DNA of 63,617 bases, filler included, from Hyphochytrium catenoides (Eukaryota > Protista > Hyphochytriomycota), in NCBI GenBank assembly GCA_900088475.1. It is 7 parts of 7 records of this genome, joined end to end, with 100 filler letters (N's around TTAATTAATTAA, not from the genome) between each part and the next. Parts side by side here need not be neighbours in the genome. Positions count along the whole stretch, not along the records: positions 1 to 18,941 come from FLMG01004617.1; 6 more parts are not named here. The stretch is one strand, 5' to 3'. Position numbers and translations under genes: made by a program. Below are positions 1-12,861 of the stretch, in pieces. The notes below the pieces were generated by a model that was not told where the DNA came from, did not search any database, and was given only the letters and a program-made list of their open reading frames with translations. Numbering within the stretch: position 1 is the first letter of the stretch; every line of letters starts with the position of its first letter.

Positions 1-340
1 GAGAGAGAGCTGGACAAACACAAAGGATGCTCAAAGAGAAACAACCACGGAAACCTTCCACCATTTTGCGGAAAGAAACATTCCCTCACCGTCTCTGACG
101 TTTACTAACACTTTTGAAATGTTTCGCTAAAGGAAACTCTCGAAAAAAGTTAAGAGAGGGAAGAAACAGAGAGAGAGACAAAGAGAGACAGAGAGCCATC
201 AAGCTGGGAGGAAGAGAGAGGGACAGACTGGCTAAAAGACAGGAAGCAGTGAGGAAGAGAGATAGAGGAAGAGACATAGATATGTAGAATGTAAATGTGT
301 GAGAGAGAGAGAGAGAGACAGAGTGAGAGGGAGGAACAGT

Positions 341-390
<50 letters not shown>

Positions 391-905
391 TAGCGCTGGA
401 TCTGCAGGGTTAAAATCCCCTGCCAGCCGAAGGCCAATACACTGCGGCTGCGGGAAGGCGATAACAGTCTTCGCCGCTGACTGACAGACTCACCTCCCCG
501 TCTGCTGGTCAATAAAGGACGCGAAGGGAAGAGGCGAGAAATAATGTGAGACGAAGCCTCTTTCTCCTCCTCTCGTTTCTCTCTCTCTCTCTCTCTTTCT
601 CCTCTCTCTCTCTCTCTCTCCCCGACGTGGCGCATCAAAGATTATCGGAATCTACGCTTGCTTTATATTCAAATCCCTTGCGCCTCCTTCTCTGCTCCTC
701 TGACTTTCTTTTCAACCATTAGGCACACTTCCTCTCTCTCTCTCTCTCTCTCTCTNNNNNNNNNNNNNNNNNNTTGACTGTTAAGTTCTCTCTCTTCCGC
801 CAACAGAAGGCGACACCACGACTCGCCAACAATGTTTTGAGAAGAGAGACACACTGACGATAAGAGGGAGAGAGAAAGAGAGAGAGAAAGAGACAGAAGA
901 GAACG

Positions 906-2957
906 ATGGCGTACTCTCTCTCTGTCAAGGACATTGTCTATAGCTCAGGAGAGGACGACGATGATCTGGATCCTACGGATTTCATCGCTGCGACAGGGCT
1001 GAAGACGGTTGAGGACGAGGAGAGAGACGGAGAAGAGTGGGAGAGAGACCAAGAGAGAGACCAAGAGAGAGAAGAGGAGAGAGAGAGAGAGAATCTGGAG
1101 CTTGAGGAAGAAGAAAAACGGCTCCCGCAGACCGTCGAACAAGAGAGAGAAGAACCATCACCAGACTCTTCAGTGAGACCAGGATCCGCACTAGCGGCGG
1201 AGGCTGGGAAATTTGACAGTGGAAAGAGAGAGAGAAGAGAAACTGAGGAGAGAGATGATTCAGAGAGAGAAGAGGGCGAGCTAGAAGAAGGAGAAGTGCA
1301 GGAGCTAGCCTCCTCTCGCCCTCTTCTCTCTTCTCTTTCTCTCGAGCCAACAGACAAACACCGGTCTTTCAAGCGACAAAGGCTAGAGAGCCCTTATCTC
1401 TCTCTTGGGAACGGAAGAGGGAGAAGCTCTTATCCTCCTGGCCTCAACCCTCTCGCACGTCCTTTCTCTCCTCTTCTCTCCTCTCCCCTACCGCTTCCTC
1501 ACATTAATAGGGGCATGCCACCGCTTCTCTCTCACTTACCGGGGAGAGGGATGCCGAGGCCTATCCTTCCGACTCCTCCTGCTTCATCCTTTCTCTCTTC
1601 TTCTCTCTCTCTCTCTCGGACACCAGGACTTTTGGCTGATCCGGTGCCACCTCCACTTCTCTCTTCAGGACAGCGAAGCACACACGCTCCTCTGCTACCA
1701 GTGCAGTCGGGTAGTCAGAGTAGAAGTAGGAAACGGGAAAGAGACGAAAGAGAGAGACACGACAGGGAGAGAGGAGATAAGAGGGAGAGAGAGGGAAGAG
1801 AGAGAGAAAGGATGGAGAGAGAGGCAGAAGGAGATGAAAGAGAGCGAAAAAGGACGGAGAGAGCGGGAAGGGAGAGAGAAGACAGTGAGAGAGGAGGAAG
1901 GAGAGAGAGAGGAGAGACAGAGAGGAAGGACAACGAGAGAGGAGAAAGGAGAGACAGAGTTGACAGAGACGGAAAAGATAGAAGAGAAAGAGAAAGAGGA
2001 GACAAGGAGAGAAGAAGTCCTTCCGACAAGAGCAGAGATGAAAGAGGACGGACTGCTTATCGAACCGCTCGGCAATCGCGAGAACGAGAGGACGAAGAGA
2101 GAAGAGAGGGAAGGCTTCCTTCAGCGGAGAAGCTTCTCTCTCTCTCTCGCAGCATCAACCTCGCCAATAGAGAGAGAACGAGGGCAATTCTAGTAGAAAA
2201 TCTGCCCAACAAGATTGATGAATCCACAATATTCAGCTTGTTATCGAAAGCAGGGAAGATAGAGGTAAGTGGGGCCAATGGGGAGACAGACGCAGAGGCG
2301 GAAGAGAGAAGATTGTGTGCCACAGACGCTTAGTCAGACAGAGGGACTCCTGTTGCCCCACCTTTCTATGGTTTATACGGGAGAGAGAGAGAAAGAGGGA
2401 GGGAGACAGAGAGAGAGTGAGTTTTAGCGAGACTCTGACGGCTCCTCTCTTTCAATCTGATGCAGACCTTAAAGATCAACTGGCCCAAGGCTGGGTTGGC
2501 CTATGTTCGCTTCGTCACTGCCAGTGCCGCCGCGGACGCTAGACGTCAGTTCAACAGGTAGCCATCTCTTTCTCTTTCTTCTTCTCTTTTCAGAGATAGA
2601 TCTCTTTCTCTCGCCTTCTCTCTCTTGCTAGCTCTCTCTTTCGCGCTCCGATCGGCCCTCTCTCTGGATATAGGTGTTTGAGACGTCAGGCACATCAAAA
2701 GAGCTTTATTTTTGTCCTTCCTCGTACTATTAACTCTCCTTCCATTCTCTCGATGCCTTTCCCTCCCATCTCTCTTTCTTTGTCTGTCTCTCTCTTTCTC
2801 TCTCTGCCTCTCGTTGCTTGTATTGTTCCACGCAGTTATCCTCTAGAGAACTCAATACGTGCCCTTTTTGCGTCTCCTTCCTTCTCTGTTGTCATCGCTT
2901 TCTAGGCATAAAGTGGAAGAGAACATCGTCTCTGTCACGTTTGTGCCTGACAGCTAG
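906..2957 (+). CDS. Acidic, Pro-rich and RE-rich protein with a C-terminal RRM; 3 exons (906-2264, 2466-2557, 2906-2957)
   Basis: The long ORF ends in RNP2-like AILVENLPNKIDESTIFSLLSKAGKIE. Phase-consistent GT-AG introns join it to TLKINWPKAGLAYVRFVTASAAADARRQFNR (RNP1-like GLAYVRF) and HKVEENIVSVTFVPDS*. Confidence 0.8.
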
Positions 2958-3054
2958 CTGGAGACTATAAGGCATCAGCTGAAAAGGCCACAAAGTAGAC
3001 TGGAAATTTATGAGACAAGATGAGAGACCAGACGGGCTGCCTGCTCATAGAAAG

Positions 3055-4895
3055 TTAGGCTTGAAGGACTGCCGCACCGCTGCCATCCTCTGGCTGGGCG
3101 AGAGAACTAAGCTCAATCGCTGGGTGGTCATTGTGCCACTGTCCTTCATATATAACCGCGTTAGACCTACTGAGCACGCCATAACCCTCTCTTTTCCCCA
3201 TTCTCCATGATCCTGGAAACAAACGAGCATTAGTCGTGGAGTAGACGGGAGAGAAAAGAAGAGAGGCTGAGGAGAGAAGTAAGCGGAATAAAGAGGATCA
3301 ATTACTGAGAGAGAAAAATAAGGAGAGCAAGTGTGGTCCGCACAAGGCAGGGAACGACCTTTGTACTCCTCTCCATTGCTGTACACACAGAGTCCCTCGC
3401 CATGGCGCTGGTCATCTAGCCAGTTCCCCTCGTATCGACTCCCAGAGGGAAGAATGGAGCGTCCTATAAAGACGAAATACAGTGAGAGAGAGAGAGGGAG
3501 GACGGGCAGAGAGGCTCTTTCTCTCCGTGTCCCTACCTTTGCCACAGCGCTTTCCTCCTACCCATTTCCCTTCATAGACCTCCTTCGTGACAGCATCACG
3601 GTACTTGCCAAACCCATTGCGGACATTAGAGCGCCAGGCCCCGTTGTACTCTGAGCCGTCCGGATAGTAACACAGTCCCAAGCTAGATAGACAGATGAGT
3701 TAGCATCATGGACAGAGCGGGCCATACAGATACAGCAGGTAATGCCGGGAGAGAGAGAAAAAAAGAGGGACAGAAAGGAACAGGATACTCCGAGTAAGCC
3801 CTATTCGGTTTAGCACCAAGCTGAGCGAAGAGCAAAAGAGAGAGAAAGAGAGATAAAGGGTGATAGAGAGAGCCACGAGAAGACATCGCGTTGCTCTCGC
3901 CCTCCTCTAGCTGCTTGTTTACTCCGCTATCGCGGATAAGCGTACCCTTCTCTTTGATTGTTGGCGAACCATCCTTCATACTTAGTGCCCAAGCGGGGAT
4001 AGCTGACGGAGGTGGCCACTCCCTGTCCGTGGCGCTTTCCATCAGTCCACTCTCCTTCATAGTTCTCCTTCTGCCCTAGGGAGGTCTCCCAGGTCAGCTT
4101 ACCCCAGCCGTGATGCTGGTCACATTTCCAGCTCCCTAGGTACGGGGAAGTGATGCAGAGTGAGCTGAGAGTGCAGCGAGAGAGAAAAGAGAGAGAGAGA
4201 GAGTCTAGGTCCGACTCCTCGAGAGTCAGTGCTAGCACTTTGCAAGGGAATGAAGGATAAGGAAGTGAGACACTCCTAGGGCCATGGCCTGCCAGAATGG
4301 ATGTGGAACAAGTGTCCAGAGGATAGCGAAACAGTCGCAGTCGATTAGATGACGGGACGAGACGCGCGTTTACCTTCATAAATGGATCCATCTCTGTACA
4401 GGCACTTTCCTGAGCCACTCTTCTTGTCAGCCTCCCAGTGTCCCTCATACCGGGTCTGAGCATGGAAGGAAGGGCATTGGCAAGGGGAACAAAGATCAAA
4501 AGTTTGCAAGAGTGAGCTGCTCAAGGGAAAGGAGAAGGGTGTTAAGGGGATGCATGGGGCGCTTACATAGTCTCTCGTCATGATCATGACTCCTCTGCCT
4601 TGCCTCTGGCCGGCCTTCCAGGCTCCCTCATAGAGTCCTCCGTCTTTATAGCTCATCCTTCCCTCTCCATATATTTCGTCAGCGTTCCACTCGCCGCTGT
4701 ATTGGTCACCATTGGCAAAGGTCATGACTCCCTGTCCATGCCGCTTGTCATGCCGCCAGTCTCCCTCGTACTTTGAGCCGTCTAGGTAGGTGCAGAGTCC
4801 CACACCATGGCGCTTGCCTTCAAGGACTTCCCCGCTGTAGCTGTCGCCAGACGCCGTGACTAGAGTCTTTATTGGGCTTTCCACCACGGCTGGAC

Positions 4896-4938
<43 letters not shown>

Positions 4939-7034
4939 AGAGAAAGAGAAAGAGAAAGAAACGAAGAAGCAGAGACAGAAAAGTCAGAAAGAAGGAGGAT
5001 GAGGAATGACATGGAAAGAAGAGAGGAAAATGGAAGATGCTAAGGCAAAAGGTAGAAAGAAACAAACGGAGATTCAAAGTTACCTGGAGGTGGCTTGGCG
5101 GCCCACACGTCCAAATGCCAGAGATCTGGCTGGAGCTGGTTGGTCGGCCCCATCCCGCCATAGAGGAAGATATGCTTCATATCTGCAGACGCCACCATCC
5201 CGTGGAGCTGACAACTAAGAGAAGAAGAGTAACAATGGCAGACGAGAAGGCAGAAGGGAGGTCGATAGTGAAAGTTGAAGATTAGCCGTGAAGGAGCAAG
5301 TCGTGGGCTGACGTTTCCGCCTCACATTGGTGGGCCTTCGTTGTGGACATCCATCTTTCTTGTTTGCTTGCTCTCTGGGCAGAAGACTAGGGGCTCATGC
5401 CCCACTCCACCTCTTCCAATCCCACCATAGATTAACACACTAGGATCGTCGTGGCTGGCAGTACCCGCAGGATGCCCATCCTAAGAGACAACAGCATTTA
5501 GCAGTGACGAAACCTGGTATGCGGCTCCCACTTACTGAAGCAGGGCCAGGCCTTTGCATGTGAGGGTCTTGGACAAGTGTTGCGCGGTGCCAGCTGAGCG
5601 CTGTCATGGGGCTGTCAATGCTTGCCAACTCCATGGTGCGGAGATTGATGCTTTGGATCTTGTCACTGTGCCGAGTTCCATCGTATCCACCGATGAAGTA
5701 TGCGTAGTCCTTAATAATAACTGAGGCGTGGTAGGCGAGCGGCAGAAGATGATGCTGACCGTGAGGCTGTTAGGGGAAGAACAAAAGCACGTAGAGGTCA
5801 GAGAGGACTGGTGGCAGAGGATGGAGGGAGATAGAGGGTAAAAGCCACCGACCTGGAGCTTCTTCCATTTTCCCGCTTTCCAGTCGAACTGATTGGTCTT
5901 CTGCTCTGCACCTTGCCCCGCTCTAGGCCCTGCAGAGTATAGCCAGACGTCATCTAGATGCTTCCCTTCGTCGCTGATCCCTCCGTACACGAGAAGACTC
6001 GGCCCGGATTCTTCCGAGTGATATAGAGAACAGCTGTGCCAGCTACGAGCTGGAGGCCACTCTCCCGATGGTTCAACCTACAATGCAGAAACCGAGTGAG
6101 GAGCTGTCTCTCGAGCCGTCTCATCTAACTGAAGGACATCTTTTAGATTGGCATCCTGATTCTCTAAACTGCGAGATCACAAGTAGAACGTAGGCAGTCT
6201 CTTCGTTTTTCCCTTAACTCTCTCTCTCGCAAGCGTTCCCCTCTCTTCTGTCTCTGTCTCTCTCTGTATGTCTTTGTGTGTGTCTCTCTGTCTCTCTTTC
6301 TGTTTCTCTCTCTCTCTCTCTTATTTCTCCCATGTCGCCGTGACCCACTTAAAGTTAGACTTGTTCGATGTTAATGAGACTCTTTACCGTTAATTGCTTT
6401 GCCTGCCTCTCTGCCCCCTTTCCCACTCTTCTCCACTTACCGCGATCCAACGCAGAGCTTGTCCATCAAACTCTCCGATGTACAGATCTGCCGAGTTGCG
6501 AGCCAGTGCGTGGAGACTGCGGCTACCGATCGATTGACCGCCAAACATCAGAAGTTGGCTGTGTGTCCCAATCACCGTGTGGCCTAGCGAGATAGAGAAC
6601 CCACTGGTCAGTACCGGAGAACGAGGCAATCTGACTGTATAGTCTCTGACAGCCGTAAGGTACAATAGGGAAAACAAGTGGGCTGACCCGTTCGGTTGAT
6701 TGGCTTCTGGCCGTAGACGTCAATCTTCTTGTGGATCCACGCAGATTTCGAGAGATCATATATGAGCACAATCAGCGTCTCCTCCCCAGCATCCCGCGGC
6801 TGTGGAGTGCTGCCCCCGATTACGAGGACCCTAGGGAAAGAGAAGAGTCATCCTTCGCATATGAAAGGAGCTGTAGCCCTTTAACAGCGTTAGTTCTCAC
6901 CTTTCGTCCATGCAACAGAGCTGGGAGCCTAGTAGTGAGGATGATGGAACCTCTTCAGAGCTGATCCTCCGCCATTGTGGCCAGGCCTCAGAGCGAGACC
7001 CTGCCGATGCCGAAAGTACGTTATTAATGCTCAT
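3055..7034 (-). CDS. Kelch beta-propeller (6 blades) fused to about 12-13 MORN repeats; multi-exon
   Basis: Kelch GG motifs in successive exons: VLVIGG, LLMFGG, LLVYGG, AYFIGG, VLIYGG, IFLYGG. MORN motifs include GSKYEGDWRHDKRHGQG and GSRYEGNWLDDQRHGEG. Intron 4890-5083 joins KPPP to AVVESPIK in frame. ATG at 7034 has an upstream in-frame stop; TAA at 3055. Confidence 0.8.
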
Positions 7035-7263
7035 TATGACCTTGCGGATGGCTTATCGTCAGCGGGAGCGGGATCCCATCTCCGGCCGCTGTAGTGAGGA
7101 TGCTGTCGTCGTTCTTCGTCGTCTGGCGTCCTCGATAGAGATCTTGCCTAGGGAGAGCGCTCACTTTTTTACATCCTGTGTCCTCGTCTGTTCATTCTTA
7201 GAGAAGCTCCAGAAGGTCCTGATAGATGGAGAAGGTCGGGCGGACAGGGCAGCAGCAGAGCCG

Positions 7264-8358
7264 ATGATGGCAGCAGGCGCACAGCGCGGGGCGGGGCGGC
7301 CAGGGCGGTCCAAAGCGAAGCAGCAAGCCACCCAACTTCAAGGGTTAATAAAACCGTTTCTGGCTCTCCTTTGATTACTGAATGAATGCCAAGCCCAAGA
7401 TCGGAAAGTAGGGATTTGGTACTACGACTACTGTAATCATCAGAGATTTATCATGCCCTGGCAGGAACAAGTGCTTTCTACAGCCTTTATTATTGAGGAT
7501 CCGAATGCATACATTTGAGAACAGGCTAGCCGCTAACGTCGGTGTCATTGTTTGAGAGCATGCGACCCTCCAATGGTCATTTTTATAAATACAAACCATC
7601 GCAATTTATTGTTGCTCTGGTTCAGGACGGAAGACAATAAGGATGTATCAAAATACATTGGACCGCTGCTCCGGCCCCTCACAATGGTTTGAATACCTTT
7701 ATGACTGCACGGCTGGACGTGGCGGCTGCTTGCCGAGCTTACCACTATCGAAATTGTGCCCATGCCAAGCTGGAGTAGGATAATATCACAGCCTCGCAAG
7801 AGGCCCATCAGCCTGATGAATCAATATAATCTCCGCGGCCTGTGGCTGTGTACGTTCATCAAGGAACGAACCACTAGCCAGGGCGGGCTCTATAGCCTCT
7901 ACAGTGAGAACTTTGTTGTAGGACGAGGACACTGTCCACCACCCGCTTGAGGTCGGTGAGGAGAGACGCGAATCCTACTGTTGCCAGGCACCCTGAAGTA
8001 ATACGGCGAGGTATGGGAACAAGCTTAGGGCAGGGATGCGGTTTACTCGCCTGATGCTAAATATTGCGCGGCGAAACATCTTGGCGGCGTTGAGACTGTC
8101 CTGTGCAAGCTGATGTCTGAGGCTGGCGTGCAGCCGAGTGAGATCACCTGCGCTGAATTGATTGTCATGTGGAAGTTGACACGGATAGATGTCAATATTA
8201 TGACACAACCGACAGATAATCCAGAGCAGGCAACGATACTACTGTCACAGGTCTTCGTTCGAATGTGTGCTCTGAGAGATAAGCCGCAACTGGAATACGC
8301 TGTGTACCTCTATCCCTGCCAAGAGTTAGCTAAGAGGCTTTACCTCTCATCGCATTAG
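7264..8358 (+). pseudogene. Possible decayed PPR-like helical-repeat gene
   Basis: The fragment VLCKLMSEAGVQPSEITCAELI resembles the PPR junction MxxxGVxPDxxTYxxLI. Flanking frames are broken by stops and no clean splice path was found. Confidence 0.25.
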
Positions 8359-8824
8359 CTTGTATGTCGTACAGCGAGGCAGCTGACGCACCCGCTGCTA
8401 AGAATACTGAAGTTTCTGTCTGGAGGTGGTCAGAGGTTACAATCTATCGCAGCAGCCGAGCTCGACAGTCATCGAGAGCGGTAACCCAGGGAACACAGCA
8501 GTAGATAGTAGGGAAGGGGAATGCTCCGACGAATCTATGATCTACTATCTTCCTGGAGTACCTAAAGAACCGGCGTCACCTACAATCACAGGAACCACTC
8601 TCCCGTACACAAAGGAGAAAAGAGAGTAAGTGCCAAGCAGAAGCCAACAACGGCACGCTGCATCGCTCATCACTGAGGAGTATGTCTCGTGGGAAGTCAC
8701 ATACATTATAGTTCGGTGCCTTGATTGGCTTGGGGAATAGCACCACCCTTGTTGAAGTAAGAGCCGTAGAAAAGATAAGGGAGGAGGATAGAGGCGGTAG
8801 GGGCACGAGAGCAATGGCGAAAGC

Positions 8825-11800
8825 TCAGAAAGAAGAAGCGAAGAGGGAGGTGAGCCTTGAGATGCTGCTCTCTTTGTACGACTTCTCCAGTGTGGTCAAG
8901 TCCACCTGGTACTGAGCTACCCGTTTGTCCAGCACCTTTTCAATCTTCTTGATCAACGCAGGAAGCCCTTCATTAGCATCCTTGGCGCACTCCACCAGGC
9001 GGCCTTGAAGCTCCTTTATTCTCGAGATGCAAGACGCCGAAGCAGCTCCCAAGTCATGAAGCCTTTTGCGACGGCCGGCAATGGACTGATTCACTCTCTG
9101 TAGCTCTTCCGCCATCTGCGTCTCAATGTCCTTGACCTTCAGCTTGAAGGTGGAAATGTCGGCCTTTCGCCTGGTACCAAGGGCTCGTTTGGTGGCCTGA
9201 AGCTCCTCCTCTATGGCCTTGTCAAAGCTCTGCACCAGTTGTATACGTCGTGTTTCTTTCCAGTCGACGTCCAGCTCCTTGGCTTTAAGGGCGACAGCCT
9301 CGATATCAGACTTCACACGCTTATACCTCTTGCACAGATGAGGGTGAGACAAGAGATTGGCTTCTGCACTCTCCATTCCCCTCTTCTTCCTTGCTGTATC
9401 CAGATGGTCTCTTCGGCCGCCAGATCCATGCGGAGGATGGTAGGTCACGGTCTTCTCAGTCACCGGAAAATTCTTCTCCTTCTTTTCAGTTATTACATCC
9501 TCTGATAAAGCAGATAAAGAACTTCAGATGATTGACAAGGAGGTTGTGGTGTGAGAACGTTTGCAGAGACTCTTACCGACAACCGAGCTCCAATTACGCT
9601 TGATCCAGGGCAGTTCCTCTTCCCGTTTCTCTTTTAACTGGCTTGTCCCAGTCGCGTTGTATGCCATGGTAGCACAACTTGATGGAGTAAATGGCCTTTC
9701 TTTGTTGGCTGACCCTTCAATAGCTCTTCTGAGAGATGGAGTGTTCCCTGGAAAAGTGGAAGGCGAGGTTAGTTTATCCTGAACCTTCTTCCTCTATCAC
9801 ACATTTTCTTCCTCTATCACACAGAGGCGGCCATCAAAAGACTTTCTAGAGACCTGTGAGACCGTGAGAGGATATAGACTTTCTGCGAGTAAGGTTTTCT
9901 ACTGGACTTTGAATCTGATGATGACTCTCAGCTATCGTCCGTTTGAGGCTTGGAGTCCCTGTTTCCAGGCAAAAAGATGAGGAGGCAGGATCTCGTTATG
10001 GCCTCAACCCAGGTCCTTGTCGGCCTTCTTCATGCTTTTCTCTACCAAAGCTCTACTTACCTTCAAAGCTAATGCGTGACAACCCAATTCTAGAAGGGTC
10101 CTCGTTATTGCCTGCCACGTCATTGTCGTAAGGCCTGCTTTCAGAAGAGTGTGACCGCTTCGCGATTCGCCGCATGGCGGTACCGCACCGGTTGACCGCG
10201 TCGTCTTCTCTGTCCTTGTTGGTTCTACCTTCTGTCGCATGTCTTTCAAGATGAGTTGAAGGTGACCCGGTTCCGTTACATATAGAGTCTCCTGAAGTAT
10301 TACGCCCTTGTTGGTAGAGATCATTGCCCGTTCGTTGCGCGGCACGAGTCCTCCTGATATCGTGTCCAAGAGCTTGAGGAGTTTCGGACAGAGAGGAGGA
10401 CGCTCGCTCAACTGCTGCCGTCTTCTGGCTAGAAAATGAGCGATCACCCCCTGCGATGGATGATGGGTTCAATCAGCCGCCGTCGTGATGAGAAAACAAA
10501 GATAAAGTTGCTCTTGTTGGATCGGTCACACGTACCTGAGCAGCAGGCTCGGTCGGCCTTGTTGTCAAGTTTGCTTTGAGCATGGGAAGAGGGAGAAAGA
10601 GACTGCTGACCACTGCCAGGATGCAAATGTGCTTTTTGGTCTTCTTTGCATCTACTACTTCTCAGGGAAAGCTTGCTCGCCCTGCCTTGCGCTGCAGTTC
10701 TCGCTCCTGCAATTACAACCTACTTCCCCCAGTTAGGGTGAGACAAAGGCACCACAACTCACATCGCTACCACCAACCTTTCTCTCCTGTGGCACAGATT
10801 GAGCAGCCCCGTCGTTTCCTTTCTCCTTCAAGGGCTCTTCGTTGTTCTTTGCAGGCGCGAGAGCGTTTTGGGAGGACCGCAGTTCATCTGCTTTTTCGCT
10901 TGCGGCACTCTTCTCCTCAATCTTGTTGGCACTAGATGGTTCAGGAAGAGTTGTGGAGATCCAAATGTCCTTTGTAGACGCACTAACTTCGCGAAGGCCG
11001 GCGATATTTAAGATGCGGCCTTTGAACTGATCCTGAGTAGAGGATACGGCAGTTATCATGGTGTGACTCTGAAAGCGGTGTTCTGTTCCCTTGCTTTTTG
11101 TCGCCCTTAGAGGACCTACCGATACAGGCGTCTCGATGTGAAGAACGAGCCTCACGGCCCTTCCACTAATTGGCGTCGCTGTCGCTTTGGAGCCACAAAG
11201 CGGGTGAATACTTTCATTTCCTTGGCGGAAGTTCACTTCAAGGTTGACTACAGGGTCAGCCAACCTGGCCGACTCTCCAAACTCAGCCCAGGTGAGCTCA
11301 CGCCTCCAAATTCTTATAGGAAAAGAGGCCCCCATGTGGTAGATCGAAAAGCAAATACTGTTGCTGCCGACATCTAACCAGTTCTCCGCTCCTCCAGGAA
11401 CCAAAGGGATGCCAGTCTGTTCCCCAAGATTTTAGTAACCGAAAAGCAGCAGTAGCGGAGGTTAAACCGAGACCGGTGAGCCGTCACGAAGGTAGTGTCA
11501 TTCTTTTAGACTACTACTTACAACCGTTTCTGTCGTGCTTTCGCCTCCAGGGATGACTTTCAGTAGCTGGACCTTCTTGATTCGTTGGGAAAGTACGGCG
11601 CCATGATTTGCACGGTTGAGATTGTTGATGACAGTTCTGGCTGCCGTTTTAAATGGCTAAGAATACAAAGATAGAGAATGGAGGGTAAAGAGCAAGCCGT
11701 GATGCATCATCGTTATATAGATACCATAATGGGCGACGACAGATGGGAAGCCTACCTTCCCCACCATTCCATTTAGCATGGCCAAGAGCTTTCCATCAAG

Positions 11801-12861
11801 TCGTTTGGATAGAGAAGAAGAAGTCGAATTGCCTCCAGACGACTCAAGCTTCAGCAAGCGAAATATTATCTCAATGCCATTCGCCTGTAAAGAGTATTCA
11901 CTCATCATCGGAACAGCGTTGCTAAGCGCCACCACGCTGTCAAGGGTCTCGTTATCCTGGACAATCTTCAACTTGGTGGCCTTCCTTGCCCATTGCAGAA
12001 CACTTAGCGCGAGCTCCGACGCAGTGTCAGCTACCATTCCATCACTGTCAGCTTCTTCAAGATAGACTCGTAGTGCTTTTCGAAAAAGGAGCGACCCTAT
12101 GCCATTGATGCTAGACAGAGTTTCAACCTCAACCTAAATACAATACATGGAGTAAACGAAAGGGTCATCAGCAGGTCAATGAGAGCGAGGAAGCACCCGA
12201 TATTCTCGTCTACTCTCGTCCTACCAGAACGGCAAGCCCTTGCAGGAACTCGCAGAACGCCGGCTGACAGTGGCACGAGTGGGAAGATTGTTGCTGAAAT
12301 GCTTCCAACGCCATTTCTACGTGTGAGCCAATGTTATGCTGCAGCATCAACATGCAGTGCTTCTTCTGCTCAGAAAGTTGTTCCAGTATCTTTAAGGCGC
12401 TGATTGTCTTGATTTGTCGAGATGGTTCCGGTCATTGATATAGAGATAGTCCGTCAGTTAATTAGACTTCGCCTTTTCCTTGTTGCTCTAAGTACTTCCA
12501 GCAATGCTTGTCGTCCATCGACATAGGCCTTTACTTACCGTGTCGTAGTTCCCAGCTTCTGCCTCTGCGCTGAGATCCTGGCATACTCTTTTGACTAGAT
12601 CGGACCCTAAGACTGGAGGAAGTTCTTTCTCCAATTTTGTCTGCTGAAGCGCCTGATACCTGTCTTTTGCAGAAACCGCAGCCTGCCAAATGGTAGGGAG
12701 ATTGGTTTACGTGGGCAAGCAGGTAGTAGCCAAAGGAGACTTTAGTCATAAGTACACCCGTCATCGAATCATCAATGGAGGACACAGTGGGCAGAGCAAT
12801 CAACGCTCCACCACCAAGAATTACGAACCTTGAGTAAGGCTCGCAACTTGAATAACTCCAT
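8825..12861 (-). CDS. Putative meiotic chromosome-axis core protein (SYCP2/Red1/Rec10-like): ARM-like + PH-like domains, closure-like motif, disordered linker, C-terminal coiled coil
   Basis: Spliced path: MELFKLRALLK | AAVSAKDRYQAL...GNYDT | TISALKILEQL... | GRSFFEKALRVY...EYSLQANGIEIIFRLL...GMVGK | PFKTAARTVINNLN... | ...ENWLDVGSNSICFSIY...LREVSASTKDIWI..., then S/T-rich exons and a heptad-rich terminal ORF (8825-9463). Some central exon borders are uncertain. Confidence 0.6.

Noticed and set aside
11657-12037. TFIIS N-terminal (Med26-like) domain
   Set aside because: The resemblance is superficial. The downstream PH-like block, closure-like motif and coiled coil fit an axis protein better.
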